From Stegostoma tigrinum (Eukaryota), in assembly GCF_030684315.1 (NCBI RefSeq), contig NC_081385.1, positions 6,126,341 to 6,190,340 on the forward strand: 64,000 nucleotides of DNA, written 5' to 3'. The position numbers and the translations under genes were made by a program. Positions within the stretch are counted from its first letter, which is position 1, and each line of letters begins with the position of its first letter. The notes under the pieces are model-generated. The model worked only from the letters and a program-made list of their open reading frames with translations, did not search any database and was not told where the DNA came from. Shown piece after piece: positions 33,222-46,050 of the stretch.

Positions 33222-34669
33222 TAATGGACTATTTTTCAATGCTGTTGTGTATGTGACATGTCTGAGTTATATAAACAGGTAGGAAATGTTCATCTTGCAC
33301 AGTAAACCCTTGTCGGTGTACAGATGGGGATAGGGGTGAGGGGTGGTGAGTCAGGTCAGTCAGACCATCCTTATCTCCCCCTCCACTTCCATGTCTTCTC
33401 TCCTGCCCCACCAGAAGGAAAATTCCAGTGCCTCCATTCAGCTTCGTACTGGGGGAAGGCGAGCTGCATTTTTGTGTTGGAAACTTGGTAACAAAATACA
33501 TTAAGGTTCCAATAAAAACAAAGTGTGGGAAAGTCTCAGTGAGCCTGGCAGCATCTGTTAACAGAGCAAATGTTTCAGGTCTATCTGTTGTTGCTGAGTA
33601 ACAGTCTCAGCTCCTTGAGCTCAGATATTTTCCGAAACAACTTGTTCAGAGATGTTATGACATACCTCTGGAGCAGTGGGACTTCCACCCAGCTTAGAGG
33701 TGGAAACAATAACGCTCTGCCGCAAGAGTCCTAATGCTACAATCAGACTCCAACCTATGTACCTAACCTTTGTGTTACTGACAGAATATGAGTGACATGA
33801 CCACTACCCTACCATCACTTGGTGTCCTCTTGAGGAGGTAGGTCGTGGTGCTTAAGATGTCACAGGTAGAGAACATTGGACAAAGGCCTAGTTTGCCCTC
33901 CTAGTTCTTAGAATCTGTACATTGAAGAAGCGGGCCATTTGGTCAATTTGAGTATACAATGACCCTCCAAAGAACATTCCACCCAGACCTGCCCTCCCAT
34001 GCCCTGTTCCTGGCATTTCCCCATGACCCACACATCTTTGGACTGTAGGAGGAAACCCGCACAGGAGACATGGGGAGAATGTGTAAACTCCACACGGGCA
34101 GTTGCCTGGGACCGGAATTGAACCTGGGTGCCTGGCGCTGTGAGGCAAAAGTGCTAAACACTGAGCCACTGTGCCGCCCCACTTGGGTGTAAAATAATCT
34201 CACAGCACGACTTGCAACAAAAACTGAGGTGTTCGTCCCTTCCCACCCCAGTGACCAGAGGTTGAACTGTGTGGTAATGGTGTCCCGACTGGTTCTTGCA
34301 TCACAACAGACAAGGGTTTCACCCATTTTTTGTTTGGAAGCGTGACCATTCACTGATGTTCTGGAAGTCTGCCAAGCCCAATCTGGGTTACACGTGACTC
34401 CTGGCTTGCAGCAATGTGTTTGACACCCCTCTGAAATGGCCCAACTAGCCATTCGGCTATCTAAGAGAAATCTAGAAATGCTGGCATTGATGGTGACACC
34501 TATTTCCTTTTATTTAATTTTGATTTTAAAAATTTCAAAGAAATAAAGAGTTGGTTTCTCAATCCATTGATCGAAGTACAGGGAGATATGCAAAGCACCT
34601 GTTGTAACTGCTGACTATGGGGAAAAGAATGAGACAGGAGCATATACAACAAGGTTAGACTGAAATGTT

Positions 34670-34675
34670 TTTATT
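34670..34675 (-). promoter_or_regulatory. Candidate minus-strand polyadenylation signal AATAAA
   Basis: TTTATT on the + strand, U/GU-rich sequence downstream on the minus strand, at the end of a repeat-poor tract. Confidence 0.35.
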
Positions 34676-37600
34676 TTGAATTGTGGGGGATCTTCTTTTT
34701 GGTATAAAATAAATCTATTACCGGCATACAAAAATTAAATAGAATCTAGTATGTCAATCCTTTACACATTGGCAACACATGCATAGTTTATATTTGGCAT
34801 CTAAATCAAAAAGACAATGCAATTTTCATCATCAGAGTTTGAGAGACACAGATTCTGCCCTGCTACCTTCTGAACCAAAGTGCACCTCCTCTAGACTTAC
34901 AGTTACCAGAATAAAAGGACATCGTCATCCTATGTCAAAGTGTGATGAAGTTGGGTCATTCCTCAATCAGTAAAGATAGCCATTTAAACTCAGGCAGTGA
35001 CCCATTGTTTTGAGCTTCATTTCATGCCTTTAAAGGTCAATGTTATTTTGAATTGGCTTCCTTCAAGAAAACCCTGAGTAATGTAAAGTTCACCACCAGC
35101 TCCCCTTTATAAATGGTGAGGTATATCGTTCGTCACAGTTTTATCGTTTGGTTTGCCCATCCGACAGCTCTGTAAGGGTGGGACTTCAGTCTGATTTGAC
35201 ATCATCTCTTGATTGACAGTTACAAAAGGTTGAGCGGGCAGGGATGGGGGACTCTCATTCCTAAAACTCACCCACGAGGAAACTGAGTGTTTTCTCTAGA
35301 TCTACATAGGAAGATAATTAAATAATTGAGTGGTGGAGCTTTAAAACACAAAGCCAAGGTGCATGCTGCATTTTGTATATGTCTCCAATACTTTGTGATT
35401 AAAACCTGGTAAAATACCCTAATCCCAACCTCCACCCACTTTATTTGATAGAAGGAACTCTGCAAACATTTGGAATAAGATTTCCCTTTCAAACATATTA
35501 TTTTTAAAAAAAAATTCACCTTCTACTTCATCCTGTAATGTGCAGCAATGCAGTGGCATGTAGAGACTGCCTAAAAGGACAACCCAGGGTTAAAGAATTC
35601 TGTCAATTACAGTCTAGCATGCAGCAGGCTCTGTAGTACTCCTGCCATGTGCTTGTTACCTGGGGCAGAGGTCCAGCCAATCCATTTCTTTCATGGAACC
35701 ACAGGTTGACTTGACTGGAGCAGTTGGGGGTCTCTAGCGATGGACTTGAACCACTCACCTTTGGGTGACTGATGTTGCAAGAGGGGTTTGCTAGGACATC
35801 CCTGGGTTTCAGAAACCTCCAGAAGGTAGCTGATCAGAGTCTGTGGATATTGCATAAACTCTTGCTGTTTCTTTCATAATGCCCAATTTCTTGAGCACAT
35901 TGTGATTTGACATCTTACATGCATAACATCTTAAGTACTATAGTGAGGTAACTGGCATCACAGTATCACTTAATCTAGTGACATCAGTGCAAATTCTAAT
36001 AACAAGTCAGTTACATTGTGGGTGTGCATTCAGTCGTGTCAAGAAGCATCTTAAATTCCATGCAATCACCAGGGTGAGAAATATTTTCCCTGGCTTTAGG
36101 GCATCAGTCTGTTCACCACTCACCACCTCCACATTAGTTAGCCTTGTACTGATCAGAAGAGGTCATGACTTAAAAGTCATTTTCTCCTTGGACTTGAGGT
36201 TAATGCAGCATCCTCAATTTCAAGTCTCATCAACCACAAGCTCAGCCAGAATAATTGTAACTGGCATCATTGTAGGTCATTGAGAACATCTCACGCCCTC
36301 TTGTTTTAGTGACTCAGTCTGTGCATCATGAGTCTAGGACCCAGTGCATTTCATTACGTGGTTTCGAGAGACCTTCGTCTCTTATCATCTTGCTGTTGTG
36401 CCACAGCCTGTCAAATTGAGCTAAATCTCAACGCGCGACATCTGCAATAGGTTCAGATGGGTTCCAGAAACAGAAGGACTAGGTCCAACCAACAATCGAA
36501 TTCAATTCCTCTCTCTCATCTCTATAGTGTAAGCAGGCCTTTTATTGAAGATGTCAAGGATACTTCTCAAAGATGCCACACTGTTACTCTGGGGTGTTGA
36601 GATGAACCATTTCTTGGGAGGTTCCCGTTTTGAGTCCAATGTTGTACTAATCTCCTTCTCTGTCAGGTATTGGGCTCTCCTATATCTAACCAGCCAACCC
36701 TGAGGGCAGTCATAATATTTTAAGATGCTTCCTGCTCACACCAGTGTGCAAATTCACAAGGCTTATCAAAATCAGATCTAAATTTAGACCAAAGTTGGCA
36801 GTTTTGGAAGTGAGTTTGCAACTGAATCCTGGCAAGAGCTGATGAGTCTGAGAGAAGAACAGGTTTTTGGGGAAAAACTAACTTGCTGTGTGGGGAATCC
36901 ACAGGATCACATAGGGCTAAATCTACATTCCATCCAATGGGAGCAGGTTGACTTCGTCCTGCCTATATGGGATTGGATGCAATGTTGGTTTTATATCGTC
37001 CAGATTTTACTCTACTTCAAAGCCAATATGTAAAAAACAAAGCTCTCTCTGACCACAGTCTGCAGTTAAAATTGCTTCTCTTTGGATCCAAGTTTTCCAA
37101 TTTTGAGCAATGCATTGATAGTGACTATCATCATTACAGACTATATTTAAGCAAAACTGTGTGAGGTTTGACAGAAGAGGCATCTTTTGGAACTTAGACA
37201 CTGATTATTAAAGGAATATCTTTCTGAGATACGCTGAGAATGACCAGCCTCACTATTACATACTGATATTCTGAGGGATTGTGTAGCAGATGCTTGTTGC
37301 TACGACACCAGTTGTAAGTGGTACCGTGGTTTATTTGCCTGAAAGGTGCTTTTGGTAGATCAGGCAATGACATCATCATTCCAGGAGGGCAGTAAGTTAA
37401 TGACACTTTGCCTTTCATTTATTCACAATAAGCAAATGGAATTGAGGGGAGCCAGTTGCAAGGGACAATGCCTTGTGGGTGTGGGGTGGAATTTACAATG
37501 TGTGATGATACAGTGATGTAATATCAGTGACTTCTGATGGATGCATCAGTGCTCACCTTCTGGTTTTATCAGGTCTTTCACTGAGGACCCTTTGCCACCT

Positions 37601-38109
37601 ATGAGATGCATGGAAGGATCCACACATACACAAGGAGTAGAGACCCTGGGGCAAATGGTTAAGAGGAAAGCTGTTCCTGGATAATAATGCCAATCTAATG
37701 GACATTCACTGGGAGGAAGTGCCACTGGTGGGTTCACCCAGCTGTGGAGAGGGATGCAGATCCAGGGTTTGAGTGGCAGTAAGTCGAAATGAGCTGGGAA
37801 GAGGGGATGCTGACTGATTTTGTCTAAAGGATGATTTGGGAACATCAAAGAGTCTACAATCAAAGCTGAAAACTGAAGGTGAAATGATAGAGGTTCCAGA
37901 GAGCCACCTGGAGGCAGCTCTCCAAAATCTCATTGGCTGACCTCCACCTGATTGTTGGAGATTGGTTTCAGTCAATCAGTGACTGAATCAACTGGAGCAG
38001 TCAACTCATGGAAAAATGTTTATAAATTACATGTTGTGAGCATATGATGGGTCACAGTAGCAGTTCATATTGCTATGCTAGAAAGACCAGCCCAAAGGAG
38101 TTTTTAGAT

Positions 38110-38492
38110 ATTTCCTAACCAACTCTGGAGCAGGTAGGACTTGAACCAAGGTCACCTGGTCCAGAGGGAGGAACACTACAACTACACCACAAGAGTCCTA
38201 ACACAGATATTTTTATACTTACTAACCTGTTCTCGGATATTATTATGCTCATCTGAAGTAGGTGGGACTTGAACCTGGGTTGCCTGGCTAAAATGTTGGG
38301 ACACTAACCCTGCACCACAAGATCCTCCAAATGGCTGTTTTATCATATATCCCTAAGGAGTTTCTCAAATAAAAATTAACATACTTTTCTAATCAACCTA
38401 TTCAGAGATGTTATTACCCACCTTTAAAGTAGATGGGGACTTAAACCTGGGCCTCCCGATCCAGGGGGTAGGGACACCACAAGGACCTCCAA
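38110..38492 (-). repeat. Three tandem copies of the short tRNA-derived element
   Basis: GGACTT(G/A)AACC near 38137, 38266 and 38438, each followed by G(A/G)ACAC...CACCACAAG. Confidence 0.75.
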
Positions 38493-41400
38493 AGGAGTTA
38501 TTATTTATAGGCCCCACAGGGACTCTAGTCCCTTTTATTTAACAATATCTACCTGACGCCGCTATGTAGATAATGAAGAGTCTGGGACTTCCCTGATGGT
38601 GAGAAAATGCAAAAATCTGCATTCAACATGCAAGAAAAGCTAGCTCCTGCAATGGATCCAAGTGCCTAAATACGCATAAAGTGTATGAATACTTGAATGT
38701 GTCTTCAAGCTCCAGGAGAGGGACATTTGGAGATGAATGAGGAGTGGAGCTCATTTACTGCTTTTCTATGAAACAATTATTGCTGGAACTATTTTGTGGA
38801 TAGAATCTAACCCCAATACTGTTACTATTAAAGAACTGAAAATCGCTTCATGATTGCCAATGTTCTTGTTTGTACACAATGGAATTATCCAAGCGGAGAC
38901 AGAAAATGATACATGCCACTCTCAGTTCCCAAAACTTTCTGCTGAACTACTTCATGTGAAAATTCTTATTGGCAACACTCTCCTTTAGTAGACCGATCAT
39001 CTTCCTTCACATGTTTGTTGACAATGTTATTCCTATTACTTAGAAAGAAGATTTAACTAACTCTATTACAGGAAGCACTTGATTGCACCACTCCTTGACC
39101 GCACTGACATCACTGCATTCTAAGGTCTTGACCAGAAAGTTCCCAGTCAGTTGCACATCATTTGCAACACCACCCAGCTTGGACTAGAAAAATGACAACC
39201 AGAGTCTTACGCGATCTTTCATGTTCCCAACCGATCAAGCTTCAGATAATTTGCCCCTTGATTAAGTGCCTTTGAAATTCATAGCCAAAAAAAAACAAAG
39301 AGCTAAGTCATATAAAAGTAGCATCCTGAGTAGCATCATCTGTGTTTAATACCATTGGGCATGCAGAGTAATCGGGTGCTATGCAAATGCTCCCAGAGTT
39401 TTATATTGTTTAGAATATATTTATGAACTTCTGAATGATTGCAATGATAAAGCAGTAGTTCTAATCTCATACAGTGCATGTTGGGTCTTGGAAACTGACC
39501 AATTCAATCACATCATGTTCTTCACACCTCAGTGTTGATACTCTGTACAGCACCAGTGCCTTGTGCCCAACTATGGCAAGTTCAGATTGGAAAGAAGTGC
39601 AAGGATTCTCTTCATTGAGGTTCTGACTTTGGTACAAATTTCTGGAGAAACAGTGTATATTTACACCACTTTTTGTACTTTTACAAATCACATGACATTT
39701 TGCATGACTTGTCTCATCAATTTGGTCCCAGGAATAATCAGGAAAGAGGATAAGTAGAGGAATAATTTTCCATGTATCTCTGAATGTCTCATTTCCTTTA
39801 TGCTGTATTTAGAATACAGAAAGAGGCCAATTGATCTCTGCTGGTGATTCTGTCCACGTCAGCCGTTTCCCAGTTTTCTTCATCCAATCCCATTATAGCT
39901 ACTCTTCTCTACTATTATTTTCTACCCCTGTCTACTCATGCAGTGTCCAGCTTCCCCTCAAATGTATTTTCACTTTTCACTTTAACTATTACCTGTGCTA
40001 GTGAGTTCCACATTCTCACTATTCCCTAGGTAACATCTCAGTAAAACTCAGATCTAAAGTCACAACGAGAGGAAATTATCCCTAAGATTCCTCTGGTTGC
40101 TGACTTATTGCAATGAATGATTAAAGGTTTCACTGAAAGTGCTTTTTGAAGATGACCCAACATTTGAACCCTTCCTTTTCCATACAGCTGCGAGCCAGGA
40201 GGCCTCAGGTGAGAGCTTCCGAGCTGAGAAAGGATCAATGATTGTGGCTGCACATAGAGTTTATAGAGTCATAAATGTCTACAGCACAGAAAATGGCCCT
40301 TCAGGCCGTCAAGTCTGTGCCAGTCAAAACCACAGAAGATTCTAATCCCATTCATTCCACTGCTGCAACAGCAGGATGGAGAGACCTTGCATGGCAGGGA
40401 AGGAGAGGCTGCGAGGAATGTATGCATAGGTGCAGGGGTGGGGGGGCTATATTTGTAATGGTTCTATAAAAATCTGCAGTGAATTCTCGAGTCCACGGTC
40501 AAGGTGTGAGCTGTAACACTTGGTTTTTATTAATACCCATTGCTTCTATGCTGATATCAGCTCAGTTAGGGGTACCACCAATGTGGGTGTGCTTTCAGCT
40601 CATAACCCCATACGTTATCTTCTCTAGGTACAGCCTTCAGGCTATTGACATTCCTTCACCATCTCTGGATCAAATTCCTGGAATTCTCTCCCAAACAACA
40701 CCCTACACCCCAAAGACTTCAGTAGTTCAAGAAGGCAGCTCACCATCACCTTCTCCAGGGCCAACAGGAATGGACAATAAATGCTGGTCCAACCCTAAAA
40801 TGAAATATAAGTTACCAACTCCTCAGAATGGATAACCACCATTGGCTGAGGTGGTGTGCAGCCTCATCCATCCACATTTTGTTTCATTTGATTTTAAGGA
40901 ATGGTGGATTTGGACCATCGTCAAAATGTTCTCAAAATGCTTTGTGAAAGTTTGTGGATGGCAAGTTTAATGCAAACTAATCAGAACGTGATTGTTCCTT
41001 CCACTCGGGCACCAGTATCTCAAGGTGAAGTTAAATAAGGATCTCCTTACCCAACAACCCACAGCAGTCTCATCACAGAGGCTAATGCTCTTCTTATTGG
41101 GTCCAAGGTTTTTGTATCCACTAACCTCTGAGAAATCCATTGATGACATTTGACACTGGTCTTCAGCTTGCCTCACCCCTTCAATGTCATTTGTCCAATA
41201 TTTCCTTCTAAGCTGTGAAAATACTTCACCTACATCCTTATGTTTCCAAAAATGCGGAGGCTCAAAAGATCTGAGGAAGATTTTTTTTCTCTCTCGGAAC
41301 CTGATTTGATGTCATTTTGATTAAAGCAAAATCCTGCAGATGCTGGAAATCTGAAACAAACACAGATAATGCTGGAGAGTCTCAGCAGGTCTGGCAGCAT

Positions 41401-42943
41401 CTACAGAGAGAGAGTGAAACAGAGTTAACATTCCGAGTCCTGTATGATATCTCTTCACAATCCCGAAGAAGAGTCATATCAGACTCAACATGTTAACTCT
41501 GTTTCGCGCTCCACACATCCTGCCAAACCTGCTGAGTTTCTCCAGCATTATCTATGTTTACTGATATTGTTTAGCTTTTAATGAAATTCCATTAAATATT
41601 CCACCCCTGGTTTGATACCAGCACACACAGAAGAGCATTAATATTATTCAGTGTCAGCTCTACTGTTGGGTTAAATGGAAGCTGAAACAACAGACAATTG
41701 CTTTCCCCAGTAATCCATTTCCCATTACTAGATTCTTTCTTGTTGGCACTCCTGTTTACTATGTTTGTATTACATCAATAGACTAGGAGGACAAAGGTTG
41801 ACAGCAAAGATCTCAAAGTGACCAGGGGATGAGTAGTAGCAGAGTGGGGCGGAAGGTCCCTTGACATCCGTTAATCCATTGCTCTATTCTGGTACCTAGC
41901 ACTGAAATGGATAATATTGCTACTTCTACTAAGATCCACCAGGCTCAAAATAAACAAAGGAATTGTCATACCAAGCATTCCCACACAACTGCTATCAGTT
42001 CCAGTTTCCCAATATTATCAGGAAACCTCATTCAGACAGTGTGAGGAACCCAGTGAGGATCTCTTTCACCTGTCCTTGTGATAAGCTATGTCTATATCCA
42101 TCCACATTTTCTAAAGTCTGTTCACCCTAAGCAATTGTTTTGCTAGGGTACCCATTAACTGGTTAACTGTTTTCCACAACCAAAGACAGGAAAATTATGG
42201 AAAGTAACCAAGAAACTCAGTAAAAAAAAGACATAAGAACCAAACAGGAGGAAAGAATATCAAAAACAATGAGGGATATATTTTGTCCGATATGTATGGG
42301 CAAAGTTTTTTTAATTTCTGATTTATCTACTTTGACAAGAGAATTAATGTTAACCAATACTTTTTTGGTTGGCTGAGACCTGTGGTACCTATTACATAGG
42401 AAGAACTGGAATAAATCCAAGGTCTAGTGTGAGCAGGCACATAAAGGCTAAAAGAATGTTCATCTTTAGCTCAAAGCAGTCATAGTATAAAGTGAGGTGA
42501 CATTTCATTCGTACAGAACCTTGGTCTCACATAATTTGTCGTAACTATGTTTAGTTCCAATCACTACATCAAGGAAGGACATACAGGTTTTGGAGAAGTG
42601 CAAAGAGATAACACAGCTAAAAGGACTGAAATATTTATGACAAGTTGCATAAATTTGGTTGTGTTCTCTTGGGTTCAGAAGATTAAGAAGTACTGTCATC
42701 AAGGACTTTAAAGGATTTAAGAGAATGGATAGAGGAAACCATGTCCTCCAATGGGGCATCAAGGACAAGGGGCCAGAATCAGACTAGCGCACCTCAGGAC
42801 TGAATTCATGAAACATTTCTCCATGCAAGGGTAGTGGGGATGTGGAACATTCTTCTCGAAATGCCGAGGGTCAATTAAACCTGCCAAGACTGAGAACAAT
42901 ATATTCTGCAATGGAAGGAAATTGAAGGATATGAAGCAAAGGT

Positions 42944-43300
42944 AGCGAGTTTTGAGAAGATTTATAGCTCAGGTTGAGGTTCTGGATGTGAGTTTGCTCG
43001 CTGAGCTGGAAGGTTAGTTTTCAGACGTTTCGTCACCATATTAGGTAACATCATCAGTGAGCCTCCGACGAAGCGCTGGTGTTATGTCCCGCTTTCTATT
43101 TATCTGGTTAGGTTTCCTTGGGTTGGATCACCACATCACCAATGCAGGAAATGACATCACCAACCCAAGGAAACCTAACCAGATAAATAGAAAGCGGGAC
43201 ATAACACCAGCGCTTCGTCGGAGGCTCACTGATGATGTTACCTAGAATGGTGATGAAAGGTCTGAAAACTAGCCTTCCAGCTCAGTGAGCAAACTCACAT
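42944..43300. mobile_element. Penelope-like fold-back insertion, family C (arms 42986-43126 and 43160-43300), inside an old CR1 tail
   Basis: Near-perfect 141-bp inverted arms with a 33-bp spacer; TSD ATGAAGCAAAGGT at 42931-42943 and 43299-43311. A degenerate relative lies at about 43495-43620. Penelope assignment is by architecture, since no ORF is present. Confidence 0.85.
43021..43060 (-). ncRNA. Minimal type I hammerhead ribozyme, family C (mirror copy at 43226-43265 + is mutated)
   Basis: Minus strand TCA-CTGATGA-T-GTTACC-TAATAT-GGTGAC-GAAA-CG-TC-TGA: stem I TCA/TGA, CUGAUGA core, 6-bp stem II, GAAA, GUC cleavage triplet. Confidence 0.75.
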
Positions 43301-43651
43301 GAAGCAAAGGTGGTCAGATTGAATTACAGCTACAAATCAACCACTAGCTAATTGTGTGGCAGAGAGAGAACAGAGGGCTGAATGGCCTCTTCTCATGGCC
43401 ATGCTGATGATGTAGCCTTGTGACTAAAGTGTGAGTGGAAGCTATGCCAACGTACTGGGCATTTTCAACACACACACCAAGGTATTACAGAGATCTCAGA
43501 GTAGATTTGTAGCTTGGGTTGTGGATCTTGTCATTGGTTGGCGTGCAAAGCTGTTGTTTTTCCACAGACATTTCATTACCCTGCTGGGTATCAGCTTGGC
43601 GAGCCAACCAACCACAGAGTTGAATAACTGGGAGCGTTTTGTATAAACATT

Positions 43652-44573
43652 TTTTATTCATTCATGGGATGTGGGCATTGCTGGCTGGCCAGCAATTATT
43701 GCCCATCCCTAATTGCCATTGAGAAGGTGGTGATGAGCTACCTTCATTAACTGCTGTAGTCCAAGTGCCGTAGGTTGACCGACAATGCCCTTTGGGAGGG
43801 AATTCCAGGATTTTGACTCAGCAACAGTGAAGGAACATTGATACATTTCCAAGTCAGGGTGCTGAGTGGCTCAGAAGCAAACTTGCAAGTGATGACATTC
43901 CCATGTATCTTCTGCCCTTGTCCTTTTAGTTGGAAGTGGTCATGGGTTTAGAAAGTGCTGTCTGAGGATCTTTGGTGAATTTCTGCAGTGCATCTTGCAG
44001 ATAGTACACACTGCTGTTACTGAGCGTCGGTGGCGGTGAGAGTGGGTGCTTGTGGATTCGGGGCCAATCAAGTGGCTGCTTTGTCCTGGACAGTGTCAAG
44101 CTTCTTAGTGCTGTTGGAGATGCACCCTTCCAGGCAAGTGGGGAGTATTCCATCATACTCCTGACTTGTGCCTTGTAAATGGCGGACAGGCTTTTGGGAG
44201 TCAGGAGTTACTCACTGCAGAATTCCTAGCCTCTGACCTGCTCTTGTAGCCACTGTGTTTATATGGTGAGTCCGGTTGAGTTTCAGGTCAAGATAACCTC
44301 CAGGATGATGATGCAGGAGGATTCAGTGATGCTTACATCATTTATTGTCAATGGGCAGTGGATAGATTATTTATTATTGAACAGAGTCACTGCCTGCCAT
44401 TTGTGTAGCATGAATGTAACTTGCCACTTGTCAGTTCAAGCCTGGATATTGTCCAGATTTTGTTGCATTTGAAAGCCGACTGCTTCAGTATCTGAGGAGT
44501 CACAAATGGTGTGGGGTGTTGTGCAATCATTGGTGAACATCTCCACTTCTGACCTTACAATGGATGGAAGGTC
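43652..44573 (-). mobile_element. Second LINE family (CR1/L2 group), 3' 0.9 kb
   Basis: YKAQVRSMMEYSPLAW...ASPT peptide; 3' end GCCCACATCCCATGAATGAATAAAAAA. Confidence 0.85.
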
Positions 44574-45962
44574 TAACTAAATTAGAGGCATGTTGAGAAT
44601 GAGACTTTGCACCAGAGGGCTGTAATAATCTGGAACTCACCACCCAAAAAATTGATTGAAACAAAAATCATATTTAAAGAAAGTTTGGACTGTCTCTTGA
44701 CTGTTGGAATTGACAGAGCAACAGACTAAAAGCTGGGAGGTGGGATAAGATGCGGGAGCTTATTTCTGTCCAAATGGTCAAGATGGGCTGAATGGCCTTC
44801 TGCTCCTTAAAGCTTTCTTTGCTTCTACCCTCTTTTGCTACATTTTTCTCTCAGTTTATGTGTGTTGACCAGAAAATGAGGTTTCTGGTGAGTAAGACAC
44901 AAATGATTTCTCTGGCTGTTGTCCCAATCTACATGCGGAGAATCATGCTTCAGTCTATAAGTGGACCTTCCCAAAGTGGACCCATATAAACGCTGTGGAA
45001 ACTGGAAATCTCTCAGAGATGTCCCTGATAGCACTACCTCCCAGTAGGAATTATTCCTGTGCTTTTAGGAGCAGCTGTCACTCTCACTGGCTAGTTAGTT
45101 TAATCTAGTTTGCTGAACACAAATTTACTGCCTATAAAATAAGCAGGGAATCTGAAGCAAAAGAGAGAATGATAGAGAAACTCAGCAGGTCTGGCAGTAT
45201 CCATTGAGATAGAAACAGAGTTAACATTTTGCGTCCAGAATGGCACTTCTTTAGAATGTTACACTACAAAAGCTGCCATCAAACAAACTTAAACATACTT
45301 GCCCATTTAATCGTATTCCTGGTTTAGCTAAACATGTCCCTGCAACAGACAACATTTCTCAAGATCTTTCCAATGGCATATGACAAAGGAAAATCTTGGG
45401 TTCCGAAACAGTGACTTAAGATTCTCAGCAAGCTCTCGGACTGCCCAGCATGATTACAAGTTAGCCATGAGAGATGTCCCAGTGTGGTTTAACCAGTTAT
45501 TGACTGAAGCTGATATGCAGGAGAGCCAATTGTTCTTGAGGGGCACAACCAAATCAAAAGGAAGGAGTTCAAGAGGACAGTAAGACCCTGCTGTAAAAGG
45601 CAACATGCGGCACAAGTCTGGTGCTACACAGCTGGTGTAAATCCCTGTATGAATTGAATTACATGCAGCAAGGTAGATGAAGTTGCATGCCATAGCGTCT
45701 CCGAGCTTGATATGATGGTGCTGAGGATTAGGGAAGGGAGAGGTAGGCAGTACATGTGAGTGGGGCAGTCAGGAATGAAGTCATGTCCATAACTGTGATG
45801 CCTCAGACTGATGGCCCAACTCTCCCGCGCAATCAGTGCACAATTCATGCCCTCCCCTCCCCATTCTGTAATCGGGTTACCTTACAAATTGTGTGTACCC
45901 GTTAGTGTTTTTATAGGCACGTCACATGTCTTTAAGCACTGATGCTAAAATCGGTGCAATCT

Positions 45963-46050
45963 TCAAGCCTTTGGTGGGGTTTTGAGGTCGGTTTTGGAAC
46001 CATAATGTCCACGTTCAGTGTTGGCACAGGAGTTTACCAGGCACTCCTTC
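45963..46050 (-). CDS. SCN4B: SCN4B last coding exon (KKECLVNSCANTERGHYGSKTDLKTPPKA-stop)
   Basis: Acceptor TCTCTCTAG; KECLV motif. Confidence 0.92.

Noticed and set aside
40188-40208. Plus-strand 21-bp microexon-like segment (CATACAG...CAG|GTGAGA)
   Set aside because: No partner exons or host gene on that strand; such motifs are expected by chance.
42944-43300. Short palindromes as MITEs (DNA transposons)
   Set aside because: Ends are asymmetric, TSD length varies from 10 to 15 bp, hammerhead motifs are present, and family A is the terminus of an RT-GIY-YIG element.
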